A stretch of 64,000 nt of DNA from the IMG/VR virus record IMGVR_UViG_3300012983_000043; one strand, given 5' to 3'. Source of the stretch: an uncultured virus (IMG/VR IMGVR_UViG_3300012983_000043). Taxonomy: Duplodnaviria; Heunggongvirae; Uroviricota; Caudoviricetes. The position numbers and the translations under genes were made by a program. Below, in pieces: positions 41,939 through 52,808 of this stretch. Position 1 is the first letter of the stretch, and each line of letters opens with the position of its first letter. The notes under the pieces were generated by a model, which searched no databases, was not told where the DNA came from, and worked only from the letters and a program-made list of their open reading frames with translations.

Positions 41939-42373
41939 CTCAAGTCTTCAAGCCAACCTTGATTTTCAATTCATTCTTGATAAATATTTCTTCAAGAGAA
42001 TTTGCTTTAAAAAATGCCGAAGGATTATCATTATAGTCAATTATAATTCCCTTTTTAAGAAATTCAAGCAAATGCGCATTAGAATTCTATGCTTAACATC
42101 AGATGCCTTTTGCTTAAGATGATAAGCAAATTCATCAATAGTCATTGATTCATCACTAATCGTCCAACTAGCATTTTTATATGCATCTAAAGACATTTTA
42201 TCTACAGACACATATTTTCTATTAGATAATTGTATAGGATAACAATATTCATCATCATCGTCATGATCAACTGCACATAGATCTCCACAGTCATCTATGG
42301 CAATGTCTTCAGCATTCAAGAAATTAAGCAATGCATTCCAGACCTCATCAGCATTCTTTTTTGTTAATTTCAT
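41939..42373 (-). pseudogene. frameshifted paralog of 40330-40755
   Basis: MKLTKKNA... stops at 42041; alternate frame continues KGIIIDY...NSLEEIFIKNELKIKVGLKT*. Confidence 0.6.
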
Positions 42374-42402
42374 GACATCTTTCCTCTGCTTTGGCTTGAC
42401 AA

Positions 42403-44045
42403 TCATATCAACGATTCTTCACTGCATTCACTCAACTTCATGCCATTCAAGTCAGCATGCACATGCAGCTCTTCTACTGAGTCGCTCACTGCAAATGGCA
42501 CGTGTTTGAGCTTGTCTTCAAGAACATAGTAGTCAGACCATGCACGAGCTTTCAGCAATGACTCTAAAAGACCAAATGGCCATAGTCTGGCGTTCATGAG
42601 ATAATGCAATGGCACAAAATGGACAACTGCAAACTTTGTCTTAGTTGGTTCATCTATGTCTTTTAGCTTTACAATCATGTCTCAAGGCGCAAACCAAGCG
42701 CGAACTGCTTTCCATATTTCATGGAGATTTTCTTTTATGTACTTCTGTCCGATAAACATGTAGTATTTGTCAAACATGTTGTATTGCAAGACATCACCTA
42801 TCTGGATGTGCTTGCCGTCACTCACAATCTGGCATGCAAGCTTGCTGTCATGATGCTGAGCTGCCATTGTGCAAAGTATCTCAACTGCGTGCTTCTGGCA
42901 GAACTTCTTCTTGTGGAAGCCAAGCAAGTCTTTGTTGACTAAGAACTCTTCATAAGTCTTAGAACGTGCAAGTCTAAGAATTTCATCTGCAGACAACTTC
43001 TTCATCTTCGCCTCTTGAATGGAAATGCTTCAGACACGTCTTTGACAACATAGTCATTCAGGTCAGCAAATATGTTCAACTCTTCCATTGAGTCAAATAT
43101 CTTGATGACCGATAATGTCTCACAGTCAATCAAGTAGAAATTGTGAGGCCATCCACTCACAATGCTCTCTACACTTACTACAAATCCTGTCTTCATTTAT
43201 CTGTCTTTCTAAAAGAGAAAAGCCTGAAGAGGAAAGGAGGAACTCTTCAGGCTATTGTGCACCTTGGAGGTAGAGGTGCTTTGTCTTGTCAACCAAAGTC
43301 ACTTGGCATGCATCTTCCTTGCTGGAAACATCATGTCCATTCTAGCTGGAATGACCACATTGAAGTTGCATTCATCACAGCAAAATCCCTCATTTTTCAC
43401 AGGCGCTGGACTGTTGCCGTACTCTTTGAACTTCTTACCGCAGATGCAGCATATATGCTCAGTGTCTTCCATGCTGGACTCACTTCTTTGTCACATACAC
43501 AACTTCACCATTGAACTTGAATGCCATTGTCAAGACATTTTCATCTTCAAGCGCATCAATGATGTTGCTTGGAAAGTCAAAATGACTCAAGATGTAGTTC
43601 ACCCAATTATCATAGTTGATTGGTTGAAGTCCAACTTCAACCATCTCAGCTTCAACATCAGCTTTCTTCCAAGTGCCGCAGATGTCAGGATCATTAGATT
43701 CAATTGTAAGTCTAGTTGCCATTTGAATTCTCCATTTGCTGTTGACATCTGAATTATATCAAATGACAACCACATCTTTCACTCAAGTGGAAGCCATACC
43801 TGACATGAACAGACTTCACACATGAACTTGCGAGTGAGAAGATTGTAAGCAAACTGCTCAATGATGTCATTGAAGTCGTTGCTCTTCTTCTTTGCTTGGT
43901 TCAAGACATTCTCAGGAACATCAAGAGCAATCTGCTCAGGAAGTTCTGCAATGACTGTACGGCGTGAAGCCGTCTTTATGTTCCAGTGGATGTTGCACAC
44001 CAGTATCTGGTATGATTCATTGTATTCTGTGTTTTCAAGATTCAT
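42403..44045 (-). CDS. six small hypothetical genes (42403-42678, 42682-43005, 43002-43196, 43299-43472 Cys-rich, 43480-43722, 43779-about 44045)
   Basis: Track ORFs plus CCICG..CCDEC ORF; tags DSVEELHVHADLN and DSMEELNIFADLN. Confidence 0.65.
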
Positions 44046-44161
44046 TTGAATCTCTTTATGTTTGTTTGCTGTATTGAATAGAATGCTGCACGAATTTGCA
44101 TATGCATTCTTGTGATGCATCAGCTTGCATTCACATTGGATATATTACTTCATTTCAAGCT

Positions 44162-44797
44162 TCACATAAACTTGTCTTCGCCGAAGAATTCAAGTTTTCC
44201 GTGTTCATTCTTCTTGCATCTGTAGAGCTGGCCTGGAATCTTCTTGAAGAGCTTATTGAGATATGCAATCAATTCATCATCTGAGACAATCTTCCAGTTC
44301 CACACCATGCATCCCATGTTCACATTCAAAATCCTGTGGTCAAGGTCAAGACAGTGCTTCCAGCTGTTATGGACATGCCCGCATAAGTGAATGGGCGCTG
44401 TCATGCATGATGCATCGCACCGGCGGTCATATGTAGGGTAGTGTGACAAAGACACAGACGGATATCTCTTGCTCAAGAATATGTGCATAGAGTCACACAC
44501 TGACTTGACTTTGTTGTTCAAGTCATGATTGCCTCTGATGTTGATGAATGTCGCAGAAATGTCTTTTATCAGCTCATAGGGCTTGACATCTAGGCCTTTA
44601 GAGTCTAGATGCGCATCTTGCTTGAAGCACGCAAGGTCGCCCAAATGGTAGATTATGTCTTCAGGCTTAGCGCGTTGCTTGCATGACCTGAGCAGCGCAG
44701 CATCATGTTTCTCAATAGACTTAAATGGCCATGAGTCTAGCTTAAGCAGAGACTCAAAACCAAAATGAAAATCGGATGAGAAGTATTTATGTGCCAT
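44162..44797 (-). CDS. calcineurin-like metallophosphoesterase
   Basis: SDFHFG, LGD, RGNHD, SHYP, CGHVH. Confidence 0.88.
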   Translation of the reverse strand: MAHKYFSSDFHFGFESLLKLDSWPFKSIEKHDAALLRSCKQRAKPEDIIYHLGDLACFKQDAHLDSKGLDVKPYELIKDISATFINIRGNHDLNNKVKSVCDSMHIFLSKRYPSVSLSHYPTYDRRCDASCMTAPIHLCGHVHNSWKHCLDLDHRILNVNMGCMVWNWKIVSDDELIAYLNKLFKKIPGQLYRCKKNEHGKLEFFGEDKFM

Positions 44798-44844
44798 AAC
44801 TGCATATATTATATCATCATTAAATGAATTTGTTCATTCAACTC

Positions 44845-45393
44845 TTAGATTTTGAATATCGGCACTTTCTTCTTGACAAGTTGGTTGAGCATGCCTTTCA
44901 GCTTTAGCTTGTCTGTGTATGTGATTTTCTTCATGTGCAGCTTGTCTTTGACAACAGTCAGCTCAATGCTGTCATCTGTCTTTGTGACAACGGCAAACGC
45001 TTCAGCATTGAACGGCTGAAGCTTCTCTTCATAGCTCTTTAGGTCAAGCGCATCTCCTTGCACTAAGTTGCATGGTGGCACACCCAGGCAAGCAAGCCTG
45101 TGCTTTGCGACTTGCAGCACTTCTAGATCAAGCTCAATGCCATAGCACTTCTTTGGGTCTGCACCTGCTATTATTGCTGCTGCGATGAGATTTCCTGCTC
45201 CAAGACACGGGTCAAGAATGTCTTTGTCTTCAATGCTGTCAAACTTCTCAAGCATCTTGATCGTGAGTGGTGGTGGTGTCGCAAACTGACCGAGAGATTG
45301 GCGACTCTTCAAGTCTTTGCCCGCCCAGAGCTTGTCTTTCCAGCTGTCATACTCAGCTTGGATCTCTGCTTTTATGTCATCACTTAGAGTCAT
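44845..45393 (-). CDS. DNA methyltransferase SAM-binding half
   Basis: GQFATP, ILDPCLGAGN, YGIELD, QGDAL. Confidence 0.8.
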   Translation of the reverse strand: MTLSDDIKAEIQAEYDSWKDKLWAGKDLKSRQSLGQFATPPPLTIKMLEKFDSIEDKDILDPCLGAGNLIAAAIIAGADPKKCYGIELDLEVLQVAKHRLACLGVPPCNLVQGDALDLKSYEEKLQPFNAEAFAVVTKTDDSIELTVVKDKLHMKKITYTDKLKLKGMLNQLVKKKVPIFKI

Positions 45394-46441
45394 ATTGCTT
45401 CATTGTGTCTTCAATGATCTTCTGCTCTTCAGGAGTTATGTTAAAGAACTTATAGAATCGCTCATTAGTCCAAGGCTTAGTATAATCTTGCATAAATGGA
45501 TAATCATGCAAAACATATCTTGAATTTGTATGTTGCATATAAACTACAAATTTAAAAAACGTAGTTCTACAACTATTAATGAAATTTATTGCTTCTATTT
45601 TTGTATTAAATGGTATGCCGCCGCAGGGTCTATCAACATTTTTTGTTCTTACTGCTTTAAATGGTTTTCCATTTTCAACTTTGCCAAATGAAATTAAACC
45701 AATTTTATCAATAATATCATTTTTATTTTTATCCCATCTAGCAGTCATAAGCTTTAACGGAACAAAAAAATCTTCATTATTGTAATTCAATTTATTGACA
45801 CTTGCAAATGTTGTTTGAAAATTAAGTCTTTTTATTATTGAATATGCTTTTGGAACAAAATCATTCTTTATTTGTTCTAATGAGATATGCTTAGTCTTAT
45901 GCCATACACTTACTAATAATGAATCTTGAAGTTGAATTCCACTAAATAACTTAGCTGCATCATTTGGATCTATCTTTTCATATAAATATGGTAATAATTT
46001 AAAATTATTTGTATTCTTATATTTTGTATAAGGTGATGGAGCTAAGTTCACACATATCCCATCATCCTTCAAATGCTTGATCGCCTCAGCAAGAATCTTT
46101 AGGTGCAAGTTTCTCGAATAAGGAGGATTTTGAATTATGCAGTCAAACTTCATGTCACATGCTTCCAAGTCAATCTCTTCTTTATATTCTACATCAATGT
46201 GCGTGTCAACCATCAGCTTAAGCGCATCATTGACAAACTCATTGCCTATTACTATGTACTTTGCATCAGGATTCAATGCAATGATCTTCATGATGCAAGA
46301 CATGTTGGCAAGCTCATAGAGAAGCATAGTTGACCCATTCCCTAGATTTCTGGGAATGTGCTTGTCAAACAATGCAAAATATGCATCACCATCTGCACTG
46401 ATCTTAGACTGGTCAATTGGCAGGCTTTTGAAATCCATCAT
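45380..46441 (-). CDS. amino-methyltransferase catalytic (NPPY) plus putative TRD half
   Basis: MKFDCIIQNPPY...LHLKIL; C-terminal DYTKPWTNERFYKFFNIT. Confidence 0.8.
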   Translation of the reverse strand: MMDFKSLPIDQSKISADGDAYFALFDKHIPRNLGNGSTMLLYELANMSCIMKIIALNPDAKYIVIGNEFVNDALKLMVDTHIDVEYKEEIDLEACDMKFDCIIQNPPYSRNLHLKILAEAIKHLKDDGICVNLAPSPYTKYKNTNNFKLLPYLYEKIDPNDAAKLFSGIQLQDSLLVSVWHKTKHISLEQIKNDFVPKAYSIIKRLNFQTTFASVNKLNYNNEDFFVPLKLMTARWDKNKNDIIDKIGLISFGKVENGKPFKAVRTKNVDRPCGGIPFNTKIEAINFINSCRTTFFKFVVYMQHTNSRYVLHDYPFMQDYTKPWTNERFYKFFNITPEEQKIIEDTMKQYDSK

Positions 46442-46507
46442 CTTTCTCCCACTTAGTTGAACAATCTAATAATATCAAAGTCTAGACATGTTGTTCATTC
46501 AACTGCC

Positions 46508-47842
46508 TCATCCGCCAAAGCTGTCAAGCATCTTCTCATTCATGTGTGTGTCAAAGAACTCAACCATCTTAGGGTTCTGCACAATCAAGCCTATAGCAGC
46601 TTTCCTGCTCTTTGCCCACAAGCTCTTGAATGTCGGGTCAAGCATCATCTTGCTCATGATCCTGTTGAACTTGTCAATGGCAGTCTCAGCCTTAGCGTTC
46701 TTTCGTCCAGTCCATGCTTCAACATACCCGCTTGCGCGTTCTTCATCAAGCAATGCATCAAGCTCTTCGACGTCTGGAATGCCATTGCCGTCATTGTCTT
46801 CAGCATTGAACAAGAAGCTGTATGTCGCGATGTCACGAATTTTCTTCTTAGCAGTGTTCAAGACTTCAATGATCTGCGGATTCTTCTCATCTAGAGAAGT
46901 CCATTCAGGCGTCAGAAGCTTCGCTGAGTCTGCTTCATCAAGCACTTCAGGAGCTCCACCGTCATTTATGTCAATCTTGTCACCCCAGCTGAAGCATGAG
47001 CTTGTCAAGTCATAGTTGCTGAGATTCACAATCAAGTCAGTGAGAGTCTTCAGATTGTCATTGATGACATACACGTTAGATGTGCCGTCTTTCACTTTTG
47101 TGAATGTCTTCTCAACTTGAGTCTCTACAACTCTGGTCTTCTTGAACAGCCTGTTGAAGAAGCCGTCAAGCTTCTCTTCATGTTTCTCAACAACAGTCTT
47201 CTTCACTGTGAAGTCTCTAAGGACACGTCCAATCTGCTGCATTGCAGTCTTGTCTGAGTTTGAAGCCGTGATGACTGCATTGAATGACCTGACATTGATG
47301 CCCTCACCGATCATCTGGACCTGGAACACAATGATTGGCAGGCTGTCTTCTTGGCTGTCAATGCTAGCGACAGCTTCATAAGCTTCATCAGCTTCAACTG
47401 ATCGGCCGCCAATCTCAGCAGCTAAGTCTTGAGTGAAGCCGAGTGAGTCATGCACCGTCTTCTTTGAATGGATAGATATCAAATGGAAGAGCTTTCCAGC
47501 ATTGTTCTTGAACCACGGCATCTCACGAAGGCAAGCTACAGCGTCAATTGACTTGCAGTTGACAAGAATTGTCGGCTTAAACAGATGTCCATTCTCTTGC
47601 CAGATCTTCATCTCTCGTTCAAACACAGCTTTGACTGCATTCGGCCATGCAGACTCACTGCAGTTGACAAGATTAAGTGACGGCTTGCAGATCCAGCCGT
47701 TGTCCATTGCAAGCTTCGGCGAGCACTTGCACTCATTTGCTCGATTCTTCTTAGACATCTCTTGCTGGACGCTGTCTGGCGTTCCAGACATCATGATGAT
47801 GTTCTTGAAGAAGTGAGCTAAGTTCTTGTCTTGCTTTTTCAT
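46508..47842 (-). CDS. SF2 helicase C-terminal half (motifs III-VI)
   Basis: MSGTP, VQMIGEGINV, QQIGRVLR. Confidence 0.8.
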   Translation of the reverse strand: MKKQDKNLAHFFKNIIMMSGTPDSVQQEMSKKNRANECKCSPKLAMDNGWICKPSLNLVNCSESAWPNAVKAVFEREMKIWQENGHLFKPTILVNCKSIDAVACLREMPWFKNNAGKLFHLISIHSKKTVHDSLGFTQDLAAEIGGRSVEADEAYEAVASIDSQEDSLPIIVFQVQMIGEGINVRSFNAVITASNSDKTAMQQIGRVLRDFTVKKTVVEKHEEKLDGFFNRLFKKTRVVETQVEKTFTKVKDGTSNVYVINDNLKTLTDLIVNLSNYDLTSSCFSWGDKIDINDGGAPEVLDEADSAKLLTPEWTSLDEKNPQIIEVLNTAKKKIRDIATYSFLFNAEDNDGNGIPDVEELDALLDEERASGYVEAWTGRKNAKAETAIDKFNRIMSKMMLDPTFKSLWAKSRKAAIGLIVQNPKMVEFFDTHMNEKMLDSFGG

Positions 47843-47908
47843 TTACAGCCTCAAAGTCATGGTGGTGTCTTCATTGCAATCATATCAAAGTCTAGAGTGT
47901 TTGTTCAT

Positions 47909-48679
47909 TCAACATGCAGCAATCATCTTTGCAACATCATCAAACATCCGCCATTTTGAAGACTCTCCAGTCTTTGAAGAGCCAGTCAAGCGCTTGCTGT
48001 CAAGCCATTTCGGACCAAGAAAGACAACCGATCCCTTGAACCAGTCAAGACACTGTGGGTTCTTCGGCTCTGATGTTGAGACTATGTATTGGCACGGCGT
48101 AGAGATGAACTCGGCAATGTCTTCCGCTTGAGAGACAACTCTGTCTTTTCGCAGCCACAAGTCAGACTGAGCTGCAGCTTTCAAGAAGACTTCTTCATCA
48201 ACATAGTTGTATTTGCTGTAGTTCTTGACTTGGATTCCGACTGGCAGCCCATTTCTGACAGCTCTAGCATCATAGAACTCTTCATGAGTTGGATCAACAG
48301 TCTCATATGTCCCAGGCTTGATGAAGTCTAGAATGCCGTTCTCTGCTAGCATCTCAACTAGCATCTCGCCAAGATTGCCGCGGAATTTCCTGATGACTCG
48401 GTCAACTGCACCCAGATCTGCTTGAAATCCGTTCTTCATCAGAGCTTGAGAAATGAAGTCTCTAACAGCGTCACATTGCCGAGTGCAGATTGGATCCCAG
48501 ACATCATGCACAAATGAGCTCATCCTCGCATTCTTCAAAAGGCTTGCACAGTCTTCAAACACAGCAGTGAAGAACGGCTTCAAGACAAGCGGATCACCGC
48601 CAATTGATGAGACATATATGTTAGACATGTTCTCATTGCGCTTCCAAGTGACTAGCTCTAGAGTCTTCATGTCATTCAA
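47909..48679 (-). CDS. putative PD-(D/E)xK restriction-type nuclease
   Basis: GNLGEMLVE...FYDA...IQVKNY (E..D..QxK). Confidence 0.65.
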   Translation of the reverse strand: MNDMKTLELVTWKRNENMSNIYVSSIGGDPLVLKPFFTAVFEDCASLLKNARMSSFVHDVWDPICTRQCDAVRDFISQALMKNGFQADLGAVDRVIRKFRGNLGEMLVEMLAENGILDFIKPGTYETVDPTHEEFYDARAVRNGLPVGIQVKNYSKYNYVDEEVFLKAAAQSDLWLRKDRVVSQAEDIAEFISTPCQYIVSTSEPKNPQCLDWFKGSVVFLGPKWLDSKRLTGSSKTGESSKWRMFDDVAKMIAAC

Positions 48680-49209
48680 GCCTCTTCACCGAATATCTTG
48701 CTGCTGCTCTTAGTGAAGTTGTGAGCTTCATCAAACACACAGTTGCCAAGTGCATACCCATCTTCTTCTCTGCGTCTGAAGAACTTCATCCAAGCATTCC
48801 ATCTACGTTCAATTCCGTCAGTGTCAACGCCCCACAAGCTCTCATCACACACAACAATCACAGCATGCTTTGCTGGAAATGTCTTAGACTTGATGTCTAT
48901 GTCATGCTGGGTGCAGTCTTTTCTGATGATCTCATAGTCTTTTCCGGCAATAAAGCCGAATTCAGCTAAGATGAAATCTCTGATTTCACCAGCTTGCTGC
49001 TCACACAGCCGGATTCTCGGTGTGACAAACATCTGGATTGTCTTCTTGCTGAAGTTCTTCTTGATGAAGTCTCCAATAGCATAAGACGCTACATTTGTCT
49101 TGCCGGACCCTACACAAGCATTCACTGGAATTGTGTTGTGAGATCCATTTGTGTTGCATCGCTCAACTTTTGCAAATGCATCAACCTGCCAGCTTCTATG
49201 GTTTTGCAT
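48676..49209 (-). CDS. SF2 helicase N-terminal half (motifs I-II)
   Basis: RSWQ, ACVGSGKT, TPRIRLCEQ, FDEAHN. Confidence 0.8.
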   Translation of the reverse strand: MQNHRSWQVDAFAKVERCNTNGSHNTIPVNACVGSGKTNVASYAIGDFIKKNFSKKTIQMFVTPRIRLCEQQAGEIRDFILAEFGFIAGKDYEIIRKDCTQHDIDIKSKTFPAKHAVIVVCDESLWGVDTDGIERRWNAWMKFFRRREEDGYALGNCVFDEAHNFTKSSSKIFGEEA

Positions 49210-49219
49210 AGGCTGTCTT

Positions 49220-51420
49220 TCACTTAGCAAGCTTGCAGCCGCGAAGCCAGTCAGGCTCAATAGATGTCCGTGTGTCAGAAGCTTTGGGATCATAGCGGTT
49301 GAGACCCTCAATGTCATTGTTCATAGGGTCAGTGATGCGAACACGCTCCATCCAAGACACTGCATTCTTCTTGCCCCAGAGAGGATCAACCACTCGTACT
49401 TCAGGGGCCCATGCCTCTTCTTCAGCTGCCTTAGCCTGTTCAGAGAATGGGTCAATGCCTGTCAGCATGATAGCAATCTCACGCTTCTTTGCATCAAACT
49501 TCTTGTTGCGCTCTTCGTCTGTCATTTTCATGTCTCCTTGTCTTTAGTTGATCTTGTCTTCAAACTCATCAAACTTGATCTCTTCAAGAACTTCATCCAT
49601 GTTAGTTATCTTGAAGTCCTCATAGTTGAAAGCTTGGCTGAACATCTCTTCAAGCTCATTCATGACCCAAGTCTTGACAGAGTCTTCATTGTCTTCGACA
49701 TAGTCAATGTCAACAGGAACTCGAATCCAGTTCCTGTCAAGCTTCTCTGCAACTTCATCACTGAACTCAATCTTAGCGTCAATCTTCATTTCAGTCTCCT
49801 TTTGCTTTTGACAAGACAATTATATCAAAGTCTTGACTATTCATTCACTCATCTGTTCATGACTTTTATGAGATGGAATCTCCAGTTCTCCAGCTCAGGC
49901 TCTTTGTTGAAGAAGTCAAGCCATTGCTCAGGAGTTCCAAAGCCCTCTATGTTGTTGATGTTCTTTGATGGAAACTTCAAAGCTTCTTTCACATCATTGA
50001 CAATCTTGTAGGGCTTCTTTGACTCATTGTCAAATGCGAGCATGCCAGTCTCATCTTCATTGTCTTTGTTGTATCCCATCAAGGCAAACCACTTGACATC
50101 ACTGCTTCTTCTCTTCAGCATCTTCTATGTCATTGGTGTCTTCACTGTCTTCGTTGTCTTTCTCTTCATTGTTCTGCTCCAATAGAATTGACTTCACTAA
50201 GCCCTCTTTGATCTTTGTGCTGATGTACAGCTCTTGTCCATATAGAGCATATGCAGACACAAGAGCCATCCATGCTTCTCCATACACCTGGCCTGCAAAG
50301 TTTCTCAGCAATATGTAGATGCCTATTCCAATTGCATACTTCAATGCAAAGCATATCAACACAGCATGCCTTGAAGCTTGCTCATATGAGTCACTTGTTA
50401 CATGCACACACAGCTTTGCCAGATTGTCAATCAGCTTGTCTTTAGTGTTTTCCATGGATTAATATCCTTTTGAAAAAGCTGAGGCTATAGCAGCTAGAAA
50501 AAGAAGTGCAAGCCACAACATGAATGGCAAGTACATTGGAAGCAACATCAGCATCCAACTTCCAGCAGACCATTGTGACATTGGCTCTGCGTTTGTCTGG
50601 AATGCTCTAATGCCTATTATAGCAATAGTCAAGAATGTTGATGGCCAAGGCAGACAACCAAAGCTGTATGTTGTCTTGGTCTTCATAGAATTATTAGGCT
50701 GGTCCATAATTAGATTTTACATGTCTAGGGACAAATGCTCCATTTGCCATCAACAATCCATTCAGCAATCAGCATCTTGTCTTCACTCTTCTTAGAAACT
50801 CCATTGTAGTAGTGCCAGTCACTGATCCACAAGCGCTTGTTAGTAGCCTTCTTGACAAGATGTGTCTTGCCATTTGAGTCTTTCAAGAGCTGGTCAGCAT
50901 GAAAAGCCCAGGCCGTCCGCTTGATCTTCTCTTCACGAGCATCAGCATCAAACTTGTCAAGGCTCTTGTTAGCGTCAACATAAGCTTTGATGTCTGCTTC
51001 ATATGCCTTGAACATGTCTGAGTTGATGTGAGTGTCTATCTCATTGAGCTTGTCAGCAACGGCAGACATAGCTCTCAGCATCAAGCAAGAGTTGCTTCCA
51101 ACGTTGAAGTTCTTGTATGCAAGATTATCGATGGTGAGCTGTGGACAGGGACGTCCATTGCTATAGCCGAAGTCAAGATATGTGACTATTGGATATGATG
51201 AGTTCGCATCGGGCTCCATCTGCATCATGATGCGTGACATATTGACTTTAAGTTGGTCAGATGTCGGCTCAATAATGACTTTCACACCAAGCTTAAGCGG
51301 CTCAATGATGCTTGCTAGATGCTCAACAAGTTCATTGTTGCGAGCAGCAACTGCCACTTCTGCAGTGAGCTTGCATCCATTGATCTCATTGAGAATCTGG
51401 TCTCTTTTGAACTGGTCCAT
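49220..51420 (-). CDS. six hypothetical genes incl. two membrane proteins (50099-50455, 50459-50707)
   Basis: Track ORFs, RBS, hydrophobic segments. Confidence 0.6.
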
Positions 51421-51595
51421 TTTGGATCTCCTTTGTTTGATTGACAATTGAATAATATCAAAATCAATTTAGATTTTTCACTCAACTAAAAAATGAAAAG
51501 AAAAGCTCGAAGATGAAAGGAGTGAAATCTTCGAGCTTGCGCGATCTGCTCCTCATCGCGACTTTGTCAACCAACCCCACATTAGGAGAGCAATC

Positions 51596-52249
51596 TTAAA
51601 CACAGCATCCAATATGCTTCAACCAATTATAATATACTTCTTTTTGAGAAACTGGTACATAAATGTTCTTGATCCGTCCACCGCTAGAGTTCCATGTGTC
51701 AAGCACTTTTCGTGAGGCCATGTCAATAGCTGCGATGTGGCCGCTAGACACCGTAGCAATCTTGCCAGTGAAGATTGGCAAAGACTTTGCAAGCTTGAGA
51801 AATGTAGCACGAGATATGTGCTTCCTATCGAGCACAATCTTAGTGAAGCCTCTAGAAAGCAAGCTCTTGCTCCACACAGTGTCATGCTTCCATGTCAAGC
51901 AATATGTCTCACGAGCATTCTTCATCTGCTCAGCACGAATAGTCATGTAGTCAACTCCCGTGCAGAATGATATAGCACGAGTAGTGCAGTCACCCTTCAC
52001 GTTCAAGTCATCGGGCTTATTTGTAACCATGCACATGATGTCTGCATGCTTGTCAATTCTGGGCGTAAACATCGGATTGCCATTGTCACGCCAGCGCCTG
52101 ATCTTGAATCCAGCCTCAATCACAGACCTGTACTTGCTCTTGAACTTCTGCCGCAAGCTCTCTTTCTCGGAGCTAGAGAACGCAGTCCAGATGTCAAGAT
52201 TGAGCCGAGTCAATTCTTTGCAGATGCTCTGTGCTTCATCAATTGTCAT
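51596..52249 (-). CDS. putative papain-like Cys-His-Asp fold protein
   Basis: GDCTTRAIS...SGHIAAID...DTWNS. Confidence 0.65.
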   Translation of the reverse strand: MTIDEAQSICKELTRLNLDIWTAFSSSEKESLRQKFKSKYRSVIEAGFKIRRWRDNGNPMFTPRIDKHADIMCMVTNKPDDLNVKGDCTTRAISFCTGVDYMTIRAEQMKNARETYCLTWKHDTVWSKSLLSRGFTKIVLDRKHISRATFLKLAKSLPIFTGKIATVSSGHIAAIDMASRKVLDTWNSSGGRIKNIYVPVSQKEVYYNWLKHIGCCV

Positions 52250-52306
52250 TTTGATATCTCCTTTGTCTGTTGACAAGGAAATTATATCAAAAGTCTAAAG
52301 GCAGAT

Positions 52307-52702
52307 TCACTCAACAATGATCTCGCCTGGATAGTCTTCCATAGACTTCTTGAAGTTGTCAACAAGACTGTCGCTCAATCCATGCACATTCTTGAAATTG
52401 CCTGTGCATCTGTAGACATCAAAGCTTGCACCGATCTCATCAGCGATCTTCTTGTATGCATCTACAAAGGCTCGTTTTGTGAATGTATTGGCCACAACAA
52501 CATCAAAGTGATTCTCTAAAGCCGTTCTAGCCATATTCATGCACCATTCTATAGCAGCTGGCATATTCTCTTTATGCCAGTCATAGACTCCATTGTGCAT
52601 ATGATACTGATCATTCTCAAGTAAAAGCGTATTTGGAAACATACGCTTAGCAGCAGAGCTCTTGCCACTGCCCGGTGCACCTCTGTATAAGATCAATTTC
52701 AT
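52307..52702 (-). CDS. AAA_33/PNK-like P-loop kinase
   Basis: LYRGAPGSGKS, VVVANTF, NVHG. Confidence 0.8.
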   Translation of the reverse strand: MKLILYRGAPGSGKSSAAKRMFPNTLLLENDQYHMHNGVYDWHKENMPAAIEWCMNMARTALENHFDVVVANTFTKRAFVDAYKKIADEIGASFDVYRCTGNFKNVHGLSDSLVDNFKKSMEDYPGEIIVE

Positions 52703-52808
52703 AATTCAATTATATCAATTTTAGAATTTGATTGACAAGAGAATCATATCAAAACACTCTCTAGACTTTCACTCATTTTGATTGTCTTTTCGGAAAAGAC
52801 AACAACTT

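Noticed and set aside
42041..42060. Programmed -1 frameshift at TTAAAAGGGAA
   Set aside because: The AAAGGGA heptamer is not in the required phase; a single-base indel or sequencing error is more likely
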